Positions 9,619 through 19,556 of a DNA stretch of 64,000 bases are shown piece by piece; within the stretch, counting starts at the first letter, position 1; each line of letters begins with the position of its first letter. The stretch is from an uncultured Thermoleophilia bacterium (lineage in GTDB: Bacteria > Actinomycetota > Thermoleophilia > Gaiellales > Gaiellaceae). The translations under genes and the position numbers were made by a program. The DNA lies in assembly GCA_963797645.1 (NCBI GenBank), contig CAWCQC010000016.1, positions 14,172 through 78,171 of the forward strand, written 5' to 3'. The notes below the pieces were generated by a model. The model was not told where the DNA came from, did not search any database, and saw nothing but the letters and a program-made list of their open reading frames with translations.

Positions 9619-10568
9619 GCGAGCTTGCGCGCCCCGTCTTCCTGCCGCTGACGACAGTCGCCGACGAGGTGCTCGAGACGACGCAATCCGGCTTCGTCAC
9701 CGTGTCGCCGATCCTCGAAGCCGGCCTCGCAGCCGCCAATCCGATCCAGCTTGCCCAGATCCTGCAGGAGCTCGCCGCCGACGCGGCGCTGACGCTCAAC
9801 GCTCGCAGCCACGAGGACTTCTGCAACGCGATGCGCGCGTGGGGAGACGATCTGCTCCAGCTCGCCACAATCGCGCTGACGCCGGTGGCCGCCGCGGGCG
9901 TCGTGGCCTCCGAGCTGCTGGAGGCGCTCGCAATCGAGTTCCTGCGCTTCAAGTTTCCGCGCCTGGCATCGATGCTCAGCCTCGCCGGCGCGATCGTCGA
10001 GGACCCGGGCCTCGGGTCGCGCATCGACTGGGAGAAGCTGCGCGACTTCATGCTCGTCACGCCCGAGCTCGTCGACGAGACGTTTTGGGACGACCTGTTC
10101 GGCACGGCCGACATGGACACCACCGGTCGAATGCCGGCGCTGCTCGCAGCGCTGCTGATCGTCGCCCCGGAGACCCTCAGCGCCCTGAACGCGGGTGAGT
10201 TGCGGATCGCGCCTCTGGAGCCACCGCCGACGTCCCCGGAGGCGTCTCCGGCATGGGCGAGCCTGCGCGCGAACAGCACCGGCTGGGTCCCGATCACGTT
10301 CCCTCTGCGTCTCGAGGATGACCCGCTGCGTCCCGAGGATGACCGGCTCGTCGTCGCCCCCTTCCCCGACCTGCGCGGCAGCTTCGATCCCGAGGTGGCG
10401 ATCAGCCTGCTGATCCGCTCGCAGCGACGAACCGTGGGGGGACGGCTCGTGACCGACTTCGAGATGTGGCTCGAGCCGAGCAGCGACGCTGAATTCCACC
10501 AGCTGCGCTCAGGGAGCCGGCTTCGTGAGCCGCCTCGAGCCGGGGGTGCGAGTCGGCCTCGGCTATGA
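9615..10568 (+). CDS. G2: hypothetical protein (317 aa), helical N-terminal half; may be the N-terminal part of G3
   Basis: GTG 9615 overlaps the G1 stop (GTGA). The last ~20 codons (LRSGSRLREPPRAGGASRPRL) look out of frame and overlap G3 by 44 nt. Confidence 0.6.
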   Translation: MSELARPVFLPLTTVADEVLETTQSGFVTVSPILEAGLAAANPIQLAQILQELAADAALTLNARSHEDFCNAMRAWGDDLLQLATIALTPVAAAGVVASELLEALAIEFLRFKFPRLASMLSLAGAIVEDPGLGSRIDWEKLRDFMLVTPELVDETFWDDLFGTADMDTTGRMPALLAALLIVAPETLSALNAGELRIAPLEPPPTSPEASPAWASLRANSTGWVPITFPLRLEDDPLRPEDDRLVVAPFPDLRGSFDPEVAISLLIRSQRRTVGGRLVTDFEMWLEPSSDAEFHQLRSGSRLREPPRAGGASRPRL

Positions 10569-13071
10569 CGGAGGGGCGGGAACCTGGAACGCCGCCGTCC
10601 GGCCACGCCCCCCGCCGGGCTCGCCAATCCCCGCGACTACCAACGAGGCGGTTCTCCGGATCCTGCGCGAGACTGCCGAAGGCGTTCCCGATCTCCTCTT
10701 CGGGCCGCCGTACGACACGCGGGTCGTCGCACGCGACCTCGGCCTCGACGTGCGTCTACGCGAGCAGGGCGAGCCGAGCGTCGAGGTGGCGGGCCGTGTC
10801 GAGGGCTTCGGCCTCGTCCTGACGAACCGCTGGTTCAGGTCACTGGGCGAGAGCGAATCGAGCCTGCGCGAGGGGCTGAGATTCGATGTCGACCTCGAGG
10901 CCCGGTTGACCGAAGGCACAGGCTTCAGCTTCGCTGCCGAAGGTGCCCTCACGGCACGGCTCCAGATCGACAAGGAGTTCAAGCTCAAGGTGCTCAAGCT
11001 GAGGGTGCACTCGCTCCTGTTCACCGTGCCGATCCGTGCGGATCAGGATCATTTCGACGTCCGCGGCGAGGTGCGAGCGCACTGGTCGGCGACGGTCGGC
11101 CCCGTCACGCTCGTGATGGACGGCGCCGGTGGGTGGGTTGGTTGGTGGGCCGAGCAGCCCGGCGGTCCGAAGGAGTGCATCGGTCTCCTGCCACCGACGG
11201 GGGTTGGACTGCAGCTCGAGCTTCCGGGCGTGACCGGAGGTGGATTCGTCGACTTCACCGGTGGTCCAAACGACCGCTACGGCGGGCTGCTCACCTTGAC
11301 GATCGGTCCGCCGAAGGGGCTGTCTCGCACGACCGTCACGGCCTTCGGCATTCACGAGCTGACCGGCTCTCCCACCGACGTGGATCGCGACAGGACGTTC
11401 GTGCTCGTGATCGGCGCGTCGTTCCGTCCTGGTCGGCACCTCGCGTACGGGATCTTCTGGATCGGCGCGGGCGGTATCGTCGGCATCAACCGGCGGGCGG
11501 ACACCGACGCTCTGCGCGAACGGCTGACGGCGGGTGCGGTCGGCAACATCCTGTTCGCGGACGATCCGGTGCGGAACGCGCCGGTGCTCCTCGGCGATCT
11601 CGCGGCGCTGTTCCCACCGAAATCGGACGTCTACGTGCTCGGGCTCACCATGCAGCTCGGGTGGATCCCGCTCCAGAACGAATACTTCGCCCGGCTGGCG
11701 GTCGGCGTGATCGTCGAGTTCGACAGGGACAACGGGCTCACCAAGGTGATCCTGCTCGGCTCGTTGCGCCTCGACAACCCCGAGCTGAAGCGCGTCATCG
11801 ACGTGCAGGTCGATCTCGTCGGCGTGCTCGACCCCGTCCGCCGCACGCTGGAGATCGACGCCACCATCCGCCGTGGCCTCGTGATGGGCCTGTTCAAGCT
11901 GACCGGCGACGGTGGGCTCCGCGCGAGCTGGGGCGACACGCCGTACCTGATGGCCACCCTCGGCGGCTTCCATCCCGACTTCCATCCCGAGCCGGCCGTC
12001 TTCCCCAAGCTGAAGCGCATCCTGATCACCGTCGACGACGACGTGCTGCCCGACGCCGTGGAGCTGAGCGCGTCGGGCTACGTGGCCGTGACGTCGAACA
12101 CGATCCAGTTCGGCGCCGAGTTCACGGCCGCGATCAAGGCCGGTAACTGGAAGATCGAGGGCAAGATCGGCGGCGATGCGCTGATCAGGCTGCCGTTCTA
12201 CTTCGACGTCACGCTGAAGGGCGGCGTGCACGTGAAGTACCGCGGGCACAACCTGATCGGGGTGAAGTTCAAGGGAGGCTTGAGCGGTCCCTCTCCGCTC
12301 GTGCTGCGCGGCGAGGTGTGCGTCTCGTTGCTGTTCTTCGACGCGTGCTGGAGCGACAGCTTCGAGCTCGGCCGGCCGGGCGCGATCGTCGGCGCGGCGT
12401 TCACCAGCCTCGTGCCCGTGCTCGCAGACGAGCTGACGAACGTGTCCAACCTCGTCGTCACCGACGGCGACGACGACCTGGTGCTCCTGACCCGACACGA
12501 CGAATCGGCGCGCGTCGTGCTGAGCCCCCTGGGCGCGCCGACGTGGAGTCAGAACCGGGTGCCACTCGGGCTCGCCGTCGAGACGTTCGAGGACGGCAAA
12601 CTCGACACCCCGCAGCGGCTCGACGTGCGCGCGTCGGTTCCCACCACGCCACACGCCGACTGGTTCAGCCCCGGATCGTTCGTCGAGCTGACCGAAGCCG
12701 AGGCGCTGGCACTGCCCGCGTTCGAGCGCCATCAAGCCGGCGTCGTCGCATCTCTCGACATCACCCGGTCGACCGGAGCATCGACCGATGTCGACTTCGA
12801 CGAGATCCAACTGCCGAGCATCAGACGCGTCGTCCCCGGCTTCGTCATCCCGGCTCATGTGCTCGAACGGATGGAGGCGGTGGCCGCGCCGGCGTCCATC
12901 CGGCCGCGCCCCGCTCGCTTCGATGTGCTCGACGACCGGTTCAGCGTCGAGGCGCAACCGGGAACGGTGCTGGCCACGGACGTCGGCGCGGTCATGGCTC
13001 ATCTCGCCGGCCGCGGCGGGCGAGGCTCCAGTCAGCACGCGGCCGATCGTCTCGTGACGGTGACGGTCTGA
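10525..13071 (+). CDS. G3: large beta-rich hypothetical protein (848 aa); from memory resembles the uncharacterised DUF6603 type
   Basis: GTG 10525 lies 8 nt after AGGGAG. Intact ORF. Gly-rich beta-like segments include GGFVDFTGGPNDRYGGLLTLTIGP, LGGFHPDFHPEP and GKIGGDALIRLPFYFDVTLKGGVHVKY. No catalytic motif seen. Confidence 0.75.
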   Translation: MSRLEPGVRVGLGYDGGAGTWNAAVRPRPPPGSPIPATTNEAVLRILRETAEGVPDLLFGPPYDTRVVARDLGLDVRLREQGEPSVEVAGRVEGFGLVLTNRWFRSLGESESSLREGLRFDVDLEARLTEGTGFSFAAEGALTARLQIDKEFKLKVLKLRVHSLLFTVPIRADQDHFDVRGEVRAHWSATVGPVTLVMDGAGGWVGWWAEQPGGPKECIGLLPPTGVGLQLELPGVTGGGFVDFTGGPNDRYGGLLTLTIGPPKGLSRTTVTAFGIHELTGSPTDVDRDRTFVLVIGASFRPGRHLAYGIFWIGAGGIVGINRRADTDALRERLTAGAVGNILFADDPVRNAPVLLGDLAALFPPKSDVYVLGLTMQLGWIPLQNEYFARLAVGVIVEFDRDNGLTKVILLGSLRLDNPELKRVIDVQVDLVGVLDPVRRTLEIDATIRRGLVMGLFKLTGDGGLRASWGDTPYLMATLGGFHPDFHPEPAVFPKLKRILITVDDDVLPDAVELSASGYVAVTSNTIQFGAEFTAAIKAGNWKIEGKIGGDALIRLPFYFDVTLKGGVHVKYRGHNLIGVKFKGGLSGPSPLVLRGEVCVSLLFFDACWSDSFELGRPGAIVGAAFTSLVPVLADELTNVSNLVVTDGDDDLVLLTRHDESARVVLSPLGAPTWSQNRVPLGLAVETFEDGKLDTPQRLDVRASVPTTPHADWFSPGSFVELTEAEALALPAFERHQAGVVASLDITRSTGASTDVDFDEIQLPSIRRVVPGFVIPAHVLERMEAVAAPASIRPRPARFDVLDDRFSVEAQPGTVLATDVGAVMAHLAGRGGRGSSQHAADRLVTVTV

Positions 13072-15699
13072 TGGCGACGATCACGTTCTTCGGGTGGTGG
13101 CGGCCACCGGGGGCAGCCGCGATCTCGTCGGGCACGATGACCGCCGGACGACTCTCGGCCTCACTCCAGCTGACCGCGAGCGATCTCGACAACCCGACCG
13201 ATTCGGTCACCCGCACGGCCACCTACGACCTGTTCGGGCCCGGCGACGTCACCGGGCTCGCGCCTGGCGCGGTGGTCCACACCTACCCGTCGCCCGGGGC
13301 CCGCAACGTCGAGATCGACAAGGCCGTGTACGTCGAGCTGGGCGCGCCGGACCTCGCCGTGGCGCCACACGGTCGTCCTGCCGCAAGGGAAGGCACTACG
13401 CCCGTGGCTGGTGCTCCTCGTCGGAACGAGCAACGAGATCGAGGTGTCCGGGAAGACGGTTCGCTTACAGCCGTCGGTTCTGGACGCCCATCCTCTGGTA
13501 GACACGGCCCGCGGCGCTCACGTCGAACAGGACGCGGCGAGTCGCACGATCGGCCGACTGATCTCGCCACGAGCGTTGTCGCCCGACCGCGATCACGTTG
13601 CGGTGATCGTGCCCGGGTTCACCGCGGCCGGAGCGCCCGCGTGGATCACTCCGGCACCTGGGCCGATCGAGCTCGCCACGTACCATCACTGGACCTTCCA
13701 CACCCGCGCGGGAGGCGACTTCGCCACGCTCGCGCGCCGCTTGAAGCTCCGCCCGGCCGGCCCCGACCTCGGATCGTCCGACGTCGAGTACGGCCCACTC
13801 CCCGCAGTCCCTGCGATGCCGGTGAAAGGAGCGCTGGTCTCCACGACCGCCCCGCCGGCGGCGGCTGTCTCGCAGGAAGTGGCTGCGGACGTCGCCGCCC
13901 TGACCGCGCCGCTCGGCGACGCTGCCCATCCAGTCCTCGGCCTACCCGACCACGCCGGACCCTGGCCACCCGAACCACCGGTCCCCGTGCAGCCCGGTTG
14001 GCGTGACGAGCTGCGCGAGGACTACCGCGTCAGGGCCGTCGCCGGGCTCGGCACCGAGGCAGGGATCGTCAACCAGGAGCTCCTCGCCCGTGAAGCAGGC
14101 CGCCTCGCCGGAGCCTACGAGGAGGCCGCCGACCGGCTCCGTCGGCTGACCCTGGGACTCCTCGCGTCTCGTTCGCTGTGGAAGCGGCGTGTCCCGGTGG
14201 ACGGCGCTCGCCGGCTCGGTGTGCTCGGGCCCGCGCTGCGGGACGTGCTCACCTCGACCGGCCCGATCGCCGAGGCGATGGAGCACAGAGATCGCGCGCT
14301 CGACCGCAGCCTGTTCTCGTCGGCCGCGCAACGAGCACTGCGTCGGCGTGGAGCGCGCAGCGCTGTATCCACCTCCCCGAATGTCCCGGCCCCGTCGGAT
14401 ATCGGCGCCACCCTGCGACTCGCCGCGGCGGCGCCGCCGCGGCGCGTGCGCAGCGCTCCCCACGCGGTCCATATGGACGCCTTCGCGCGCGAAGCGAGCC
14501 GCACCGCGCTGGACGACGCACTCGGCGGCAGGGTGCCGGACCCGAGCCGGCTGCGGGCGACCGCAGCCCGGCTGAGCGCGGCACTCGATCGACGCCAGCT
14601 CGATCCTGACACGGTGCGGTTCCTCGACAGCCGGCTGCGAACCGTCGTCGACCGGTTCGGCGCCGGCCTACCCGCGCCGATCCTGCCTCTGCTCCGTCTT
14701 GTCGACAGCGCCGGACGGCTGTCACGCGAGCGAGTGCGGGTTCTCGCCTCGGCTCTCGACGCGGAGCCGGACTCTGACGATCTCGCGGCGCTGGGAGCGA
14801 TGGTGGCACGGCGCCCCGGCCAGCCGATCGCGACCGCGCTCGACCTCGACCGTGCCAGCACGGAGATCTCGGCCGCGTTCGACCCGACGATCGCGCGCCC
14901 GACGATCGTCGACCGCGTGCTGGATGGAGTCCTCGACGCGGTTGGCTCGGTGGACGAAAACCCGACGGCCCCGGTCGAGCTGACCCCCGATCTCGATCTT
15001 CCGGCGTGGCGGTTCCTGCGCGACGACGCGCCCGAGTGGCTCTTGCCCGGCGCGGGCACGCTACCCGAGGACACCGTAGTCGCCTTGACCACCAACCCCG
15101 CGTTTGTCGACGCATTCCTTCTCGGGCTGAACGCCCAGGTCGTCGCCGAACTGCGATTCCGCAACTACCCGCTGATCCCCGCGTGGACGCCGGTGCGCAC
15201 CTTCTGGGATCGCGCCAACGCCGCGACCGGCGAGGTCGACGACGACATCGTCGACATCCGCACCTGGCCACCGGACTCGCCGTTCGGTGCGGCCAGCCAC
15301 CAGACGCCGTCCGCGTCGAGCGCTGACCTGGTTGTGCTGTTCAATACGCCGCTGTTTCGCGAATACCCGGGCACTCTCGTCTATCTGGTGCCCGCGCTGC
15401 GGGACGCGGGCGGAGCGCTGGACTGGGCGAGTCGCCCGAACTTCGATTCCCGTCAGTTCCCCACCTTCCAGGGACGGATCTCGCTCGACCAGACCTTCTT
15501 CGGATTCGATCTCGACCCCGCGCTCGGCGCCGAGCGGTGGGTCGTGCTGGAGGAGACCGTGAACGGACGACGCTTCTTCAATGCCGCGACGAGACCGAGC
15601 GCGGCAGGCAACGGCGCCGACCTCGCCCGCGAAACGGTCAGCCCACCACGGCGCGTGCTGATCCGCGGGGACGTCCTCCTCGGTGGAGTCCAGCCGTGA
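13071..15699 (+). CDS. G4: large hypothetical protein (about 875 aa) with one apparent 1-nt frameshift near 13356
   Basis: ATG 13071 overlaps the G3 stop (TGATG). MATITFFGWWRPPG...VYVELGAPDL is in frame 0, then PWRHTVVLPQGKALRPWLVLLVGTSNEIEV... continues in the frame of ORF 13411..15699. Confidence 0.7.
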
Positions 15700-18600
15700 G
15701 CGCTCCCGAGATCGGCGTGCTCCTGCCCGTTCGGCTCGAGACCCGTTTCGTCGCTCCCCGTCGCCAGAGCGGGCGCTGGCGCCTCCGTGTGCGTGTGGTG
15801 CCAGACGCGGTCTCGATCACGAACCACGACGACGTTCCATCCACGGTCGAGCTCGACGCGGTCGAGGCGATGTGGCGCGCTGCAGGCGGACCGGGGCTCG
15901 AGTCTCCCGAGGGACGCCGCGCGTGGCGCGCGCTCGCGGCCGCTGTTGGTCCCGAGCGCGCGGCGTGGCTCGCACGCACGTTCCCGCCGGTCACGGGGTC
16001 GGACGGACTGATCACGATCGCCCGTCCAAACGAGACGCGGACGGAGATGCGCGCCCCGCGCGTGATGGGGCTGCCGCCGACGATGGAGATCTGGATCGCC
16101 CGCGGCGGGCGGCAGCCGTTACCGGCGGCGACGCTGGCCGTGCTCGCCGACGAGATCGACCTCGATCTCGACGACCCGAACAGCGCGAGCCAACCGTGGT
16201 GGACGTCGTTTCCGGAGGCGGTGCGCGTAGGTCTCGCGGCCGAGATCGACCTCGGTACAGCACGGCCGGTCGATATCGATGCGATCTACGTCGTCGGCAT
16301 CGGCGGCGGCGATCCGGGGCCCCTGCTGGCGGCGCAGGCGAACGGCGGCCGCCTGGGCATCGTCGCCCCCGGCTCGGCGACCAGCAGCGTCAACGGCGAC
16401 GCGGCCCTCTCGCTGGGCGATGCCGATACGTGGCGACGACTCGTGCCGGTCGAAACCGCGGCACAGTCGGGCACCGTTGCCGTCTCCACCGCGCTCGCCG
16501 GCTCTCCGGTGATGCACGGGGTGGTCGGCGGCGATTCCGATCATCGCCCGCTCAACCGTGCCATCATCGGCGCGCTGTGGCCCGCGCTCTGGGGTCACTC
16601 ACTGGCCAACGTCTGGGATTACGCGACCGAAGCCGACGAGCTCGGCCTGTGGGCCGCGGCAAACCTCGTGCCTGAGGGCCCTCTGCCGTCCATGCGTATC
16701 GAGAACCAGCCGTACGGCCTGCTGCCGGCCACGTCGCTGCGCCGCTGGCGCTCCGCTACCGGTGATCCGGCGATCGAAGGGCGTCTCGTGCCCCTGGTGC
16801 GCGAGCTCGTGGGCGCGTGGGCAGCAGCCGCAGAGCGGCAGGCGGCTCAGAGTCAGGCAGACGCACTGGCCGACCTGGTCCGGAACCCGACAGCGACACG
16901 CTATGAGTGGCGGTGGATGATGCCGACGACGTTGGCCCACGCCGCGTCGTTCCGCTTCAACCAGCCGGTGCCGGCCGCCGACCTCCAGGCATGGTGGACG
17001 CGTCAGGCCGAGCAAACTCCGCGGCTCGACCCGGCCGCAACTCCGGCGCGCCAGCTCGTGTCGGTGGGATGGGGCCACGAAGTCGAGCTCCGCCTGGTCG
17101 AGCCGGACGACCTTCCCGCCGGCACCGATACCGGCGAGGGTTTGTCCCGTCTCGCGGCGGCGTCGGTGGCCGAGCTCCTCGCCGCCGGACCTGCACCCGG
17201 CGGCGTGCGTGGTTCACCGCCGTGGGGTACGAGCACGCTGACCGAGCTCGCCCGGCACTCGCTGCTCGCAAGCGCGGCGGCTGTAGCCCGCCGCGCGGCC
17301 GGCCAACCTCGTGCACTCGTCGAGCCGGTCAGCGTCGACCGGCGGTCGGCGACGGAGACCGAGACGTGGGCGGCGCGCCTGAGGCCCGCCGACATGCGCC
17401 GGCGCGGCGATCCGTCGATCGGTGTTCGCCGCAACGTGGTCGAGGGGCTGCAGGCACTCGCCGGCGAGGCGGTGGCCGACATCGACCGCGGACTGCGTGC
17501 GGCGCTCGACACGGCCACCCATCGGCTCGACCCGTGGGCAACGGCCATCGCCTGGCGCCGGCTGCAGGACCTCGCCGCTGCCCCACGGACGCTTGGCGTG
17601 TACGCCTGGGTCGACGCCCTCCGGCCGCGCCTGTCCGGCGGCGACCACCGTTACGTGCTTGCTCCGTCGACCGAGCAGGCCTCCGTCGCAGCGGTGCTCC
17701 GTGACCGGGCACTCCGAGATCCGGACGCAGATCGGTGGCAGATGGATCTCACCTCCGACGCCATCCGCGGAGCCTTGCGGCTTGCGGGTGAGACACGAGA
17801 GGGCAGCCACCCGGCCGAGTCGCTGGGTCGAAGGGTGGAGGCCATCGTGAACCGTCCGGACGTCATCGACCGCTTGCGCGCTGCGTTCCCATCGACCGTC
17901 GGCTTCGGTCTTACCCGGGCTGACCTGCGCATGCGCCGTGTGTGCGACGGCATTTCCGTCCTCGATGCAGCCGAGAACCGACCCGCAGAGCTCAGCCAGC
18001 TCGGCGTGCGCCCCGCACAGCTCACGGCGCTCGCCGAGCTGGCGGCCGCGGTCGACGCCCTCGCAGACCTCCACGTCGCCGAGGCTGCACTCGGCGTCGT
18101 CAAGGGGCGCACGGCCGTCGCGTCGGCGGCGACGAGCGCAGCTGCCGGCCAAGGGCCACCCCCCGATTTCGACGTTGTGCGCACGCCGAGAGGAGGCCGG
18201 GTCGTCAACACCGTCGCGCTGGTCGTCCTGCCGAGCGCCGCAGCACCTACCGGAGCGCGGCCCAGTCCCGCGGCCGTCGCCGACGCAGCGGTCGCCAGCT
18301 ATCTCGACGACCGCTCCGGAGACCCTGCGGGTGCGGCGTGGGAATGGGCAGCCCTCGACGCCGCAGGCGAGCCGGTCGGCAAGGTGACGCTCGCCGGCAT
18401 CGGCCTGCGTCCGTGCGACACCGTCGGTCTCGGCAGCGCCAACCTCCGGGACGTCGTGCTCGACGTCAGCGGCGCGGCCGGCCTGGGCCCGGCGGATCCG
18501 TCGGGACACGCCATCGTTCGGGCTCTCGCGGCCGCCCTGGCCGGAGTGCCGGCGCTCCCGGAAGACGTGGGCAGGCCGCCCGATCCTTCCGGCGCCGCGG

Positions 18601-19556
18601 TGGTCGAGCTTCGGCAACGCTACGCGGCGCTGCGCAACGCGGCCGTTGCCGCGGCCGCCGACACGCGGCTGGCGGCCGCCCCCGCCGCCACCGAGGGCGT
18701 ACGGCGAGCCGCGCTCGGGCGGATCGCCCGGTGGGGGATCACGCCCCTCGCCGCGGATACCGACGACCCGACCGTCGGGGCACTGGTCGACCGCGTGCGC
18801 CGCGCAGCCGAGGTGCTCGAACGCCGCATCGACGACTCGCCCGCGACGATGAGCGGCGACGAGACCGTTTCCGAGCTCGCGACGGCCATCGGTGCGCTCG
18901 TCGCACCGGAGGGCCCGTGGCCCGTGTTCGCCCGCCTGCCGGCGGCCGCGTTCGACGGCTTGCGCATCGAGCCGACCACCGCCGGTCCCGCGCCACGTCT
19001 GGATCCTGAATGGTTGGAGATGGTGGCGACGGTTCGCCCGGCGCTCGCACGTCTCGAGGCGGTTCAGCTCGGCCAGCGCATCGCATCCGGCGGCCGGCCG
19101 CTTCGTGCATGGACGAACCGTCGCGGTGATCCATGGCAGACGATCGCCGAACCACCCTCGGACATCGCCGTCGTGCGCCCGTCACGGCTCGTCGCGACCT
19201 TCGGCCCTCGAGCTGCCTTGCCGTCGCGGCCGGTCGCGACGACGCCGGGGACCGTGGCCGCCGCCGTGATCGACCGCTTCGCGGAGAGTGTTCCCGACAC
19301 GGAGCACGTCAGCTCGGTCGCATTCCCGCACGACGTGCCGACGGCGCGAGCGCCGCAAGCTGTCGTGCTGGCGGTACCGCCCGACGTGGACGAGGAGCTG
19401 ACGGCCGCGGTGCTCGTCGACATCGTTGCGGAGGTTCGCGCGCTTGCCAGGGCCCGGATGGCGGACGCCTCGGAGCTGGGACCTGCCACCGGTTCCTTAC
19501 ACCTCGCGGCGGTGCCCGCGAGCGGACGTGCGGGCGTCGAGCTGGGGGCCGGCTGA
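15696..19556 (+). CDS. G5: giant hypothetical protein (1286 aa)
   Basis: GTG 15696 overlaps the G4 stop (GTGA). Begins VSAPEIGVLLPVRLETRFV...WRLRVRVVPDAVSITNHDD. Intact. No Walker A, transmembrane segment or signal peptide seen by eye. Confidence 0.8.
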   Translation: MSAPEIGVLLPVRLETRFVAPRRQSGRWRLRVRVVPDAVSITNHDDVPSTVELDAVEAMWRAAGGPGLESPEGRRAWRALAAAVGPERAAWLARTFPPVTGSDGLITIARPNETRTEMRAPRVMGLPPTMEIWIARGGRQPLPAATLAVLADEIDLDLDDPNSASQPWWTSFPEAVRVGLAAEIDLGTARPVDIDAIYVVGIGGGDPGPLLAAQANGGRLGIVAPGSATSSVNGDAALSLGDADTWRRLVPVETAAQSGTVAVSTALAGSPVMHGVVGGDSDHRPLNRAIIGALWPALWGHSLANVWDYATEADELGLWAAANLVPEGPLPSMRIENQPYGLLPATSLRRWRSATGDPAIEGRLVPLVRELVGAWAAAAERQAAQSQADALADLVRNPTATRYEWRWMMPTTLAHAASFRFNQPVPAADLQAWWTRQAEQTPRLDPAATPARQLVSVGWGHEVELRLVEPDDLPAGTDTGEGLSRLAAASVAELLAAGPAPGGVRGSPPWGTSTLTELARHSLLASAAAVARRAAGQPRALVEPVSVDRRSATETETWAARLRPADMRRRGDPSIGVRRNVVEGLQALAGEAVADIDRGLRAALDTATHRLDPWATAIAWRRLQDLAAAPRTLGVYAWVDALRPRLSGGDHRYVLAPSTEQASVAAVLRDRALRDPDADRWQMDLTSDAIRGALRLAGETREGSHPAESLGRRVEAIVNRPDVIDRLRAAFPSTVGFGLTRADLRMRRVCDGISVLDAAENRPAELSQLGVRPAQLTALAELAAAVDALADLHVAEAALGVVKGRTAVASAATSAAAGQGPPPDFDVVRTPRGGRVVNTVALVVLPSAAAPTGARPSPAAVADAAVASYLDDRSGDPAGAAWEWAALDAAGEPVGKVTLAGIGLRPCDTVGLGSANLRDVVLDVSGAAGLGPADPSGHAIVRALAAALAGVPALPEDVGRPPDPSGAAVVELRQRYAALRNAAVAAAADTRLAAAPAATEGVRRAALGRIARWGITPLAADTDDPTVGALVDRVRRAAEVLERRIDDSPATMSGDETVSELATAIGALVAPEGPWPVFARLPAAAFDGLRIEPTTAGPAPRLDPEWLEMVATVRPALARLEAVQLGQRIASGGRPLRAWTNRRGDPWQTIAEPPSDIAVVRPSRLVATFGPRAALPSRPVATTPGTVAAAVIDRFAESVPDTEHVSSVAFPHDVPTARAPQAVVLAVPPDVDEELTAAVLVDIVAEVRALARARMADASELGPATGSLHLAAVPASGRAGVELGAG

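Noticed and set aside
7464-10568. 1034-aa ORF overlapping G1 in another frame
   Set aside because: The first ~700 codons are Arg/Pro/Gly/Ala low-complexity, typical of off-frame high-GC DNA. Only the part from GTG 9615 onward (G2) looks like protein.
9291-13038. Long antisense ORFs (9291..10499, 9593..10627, 10840..13038) opposite G2/G3
   Set aside because: Arg/Asp/Glu/Gly-rich repetitive translations with no motifs. They mirror real genes on the + strand, the expected shadow ORFs in GC-rich sequence.
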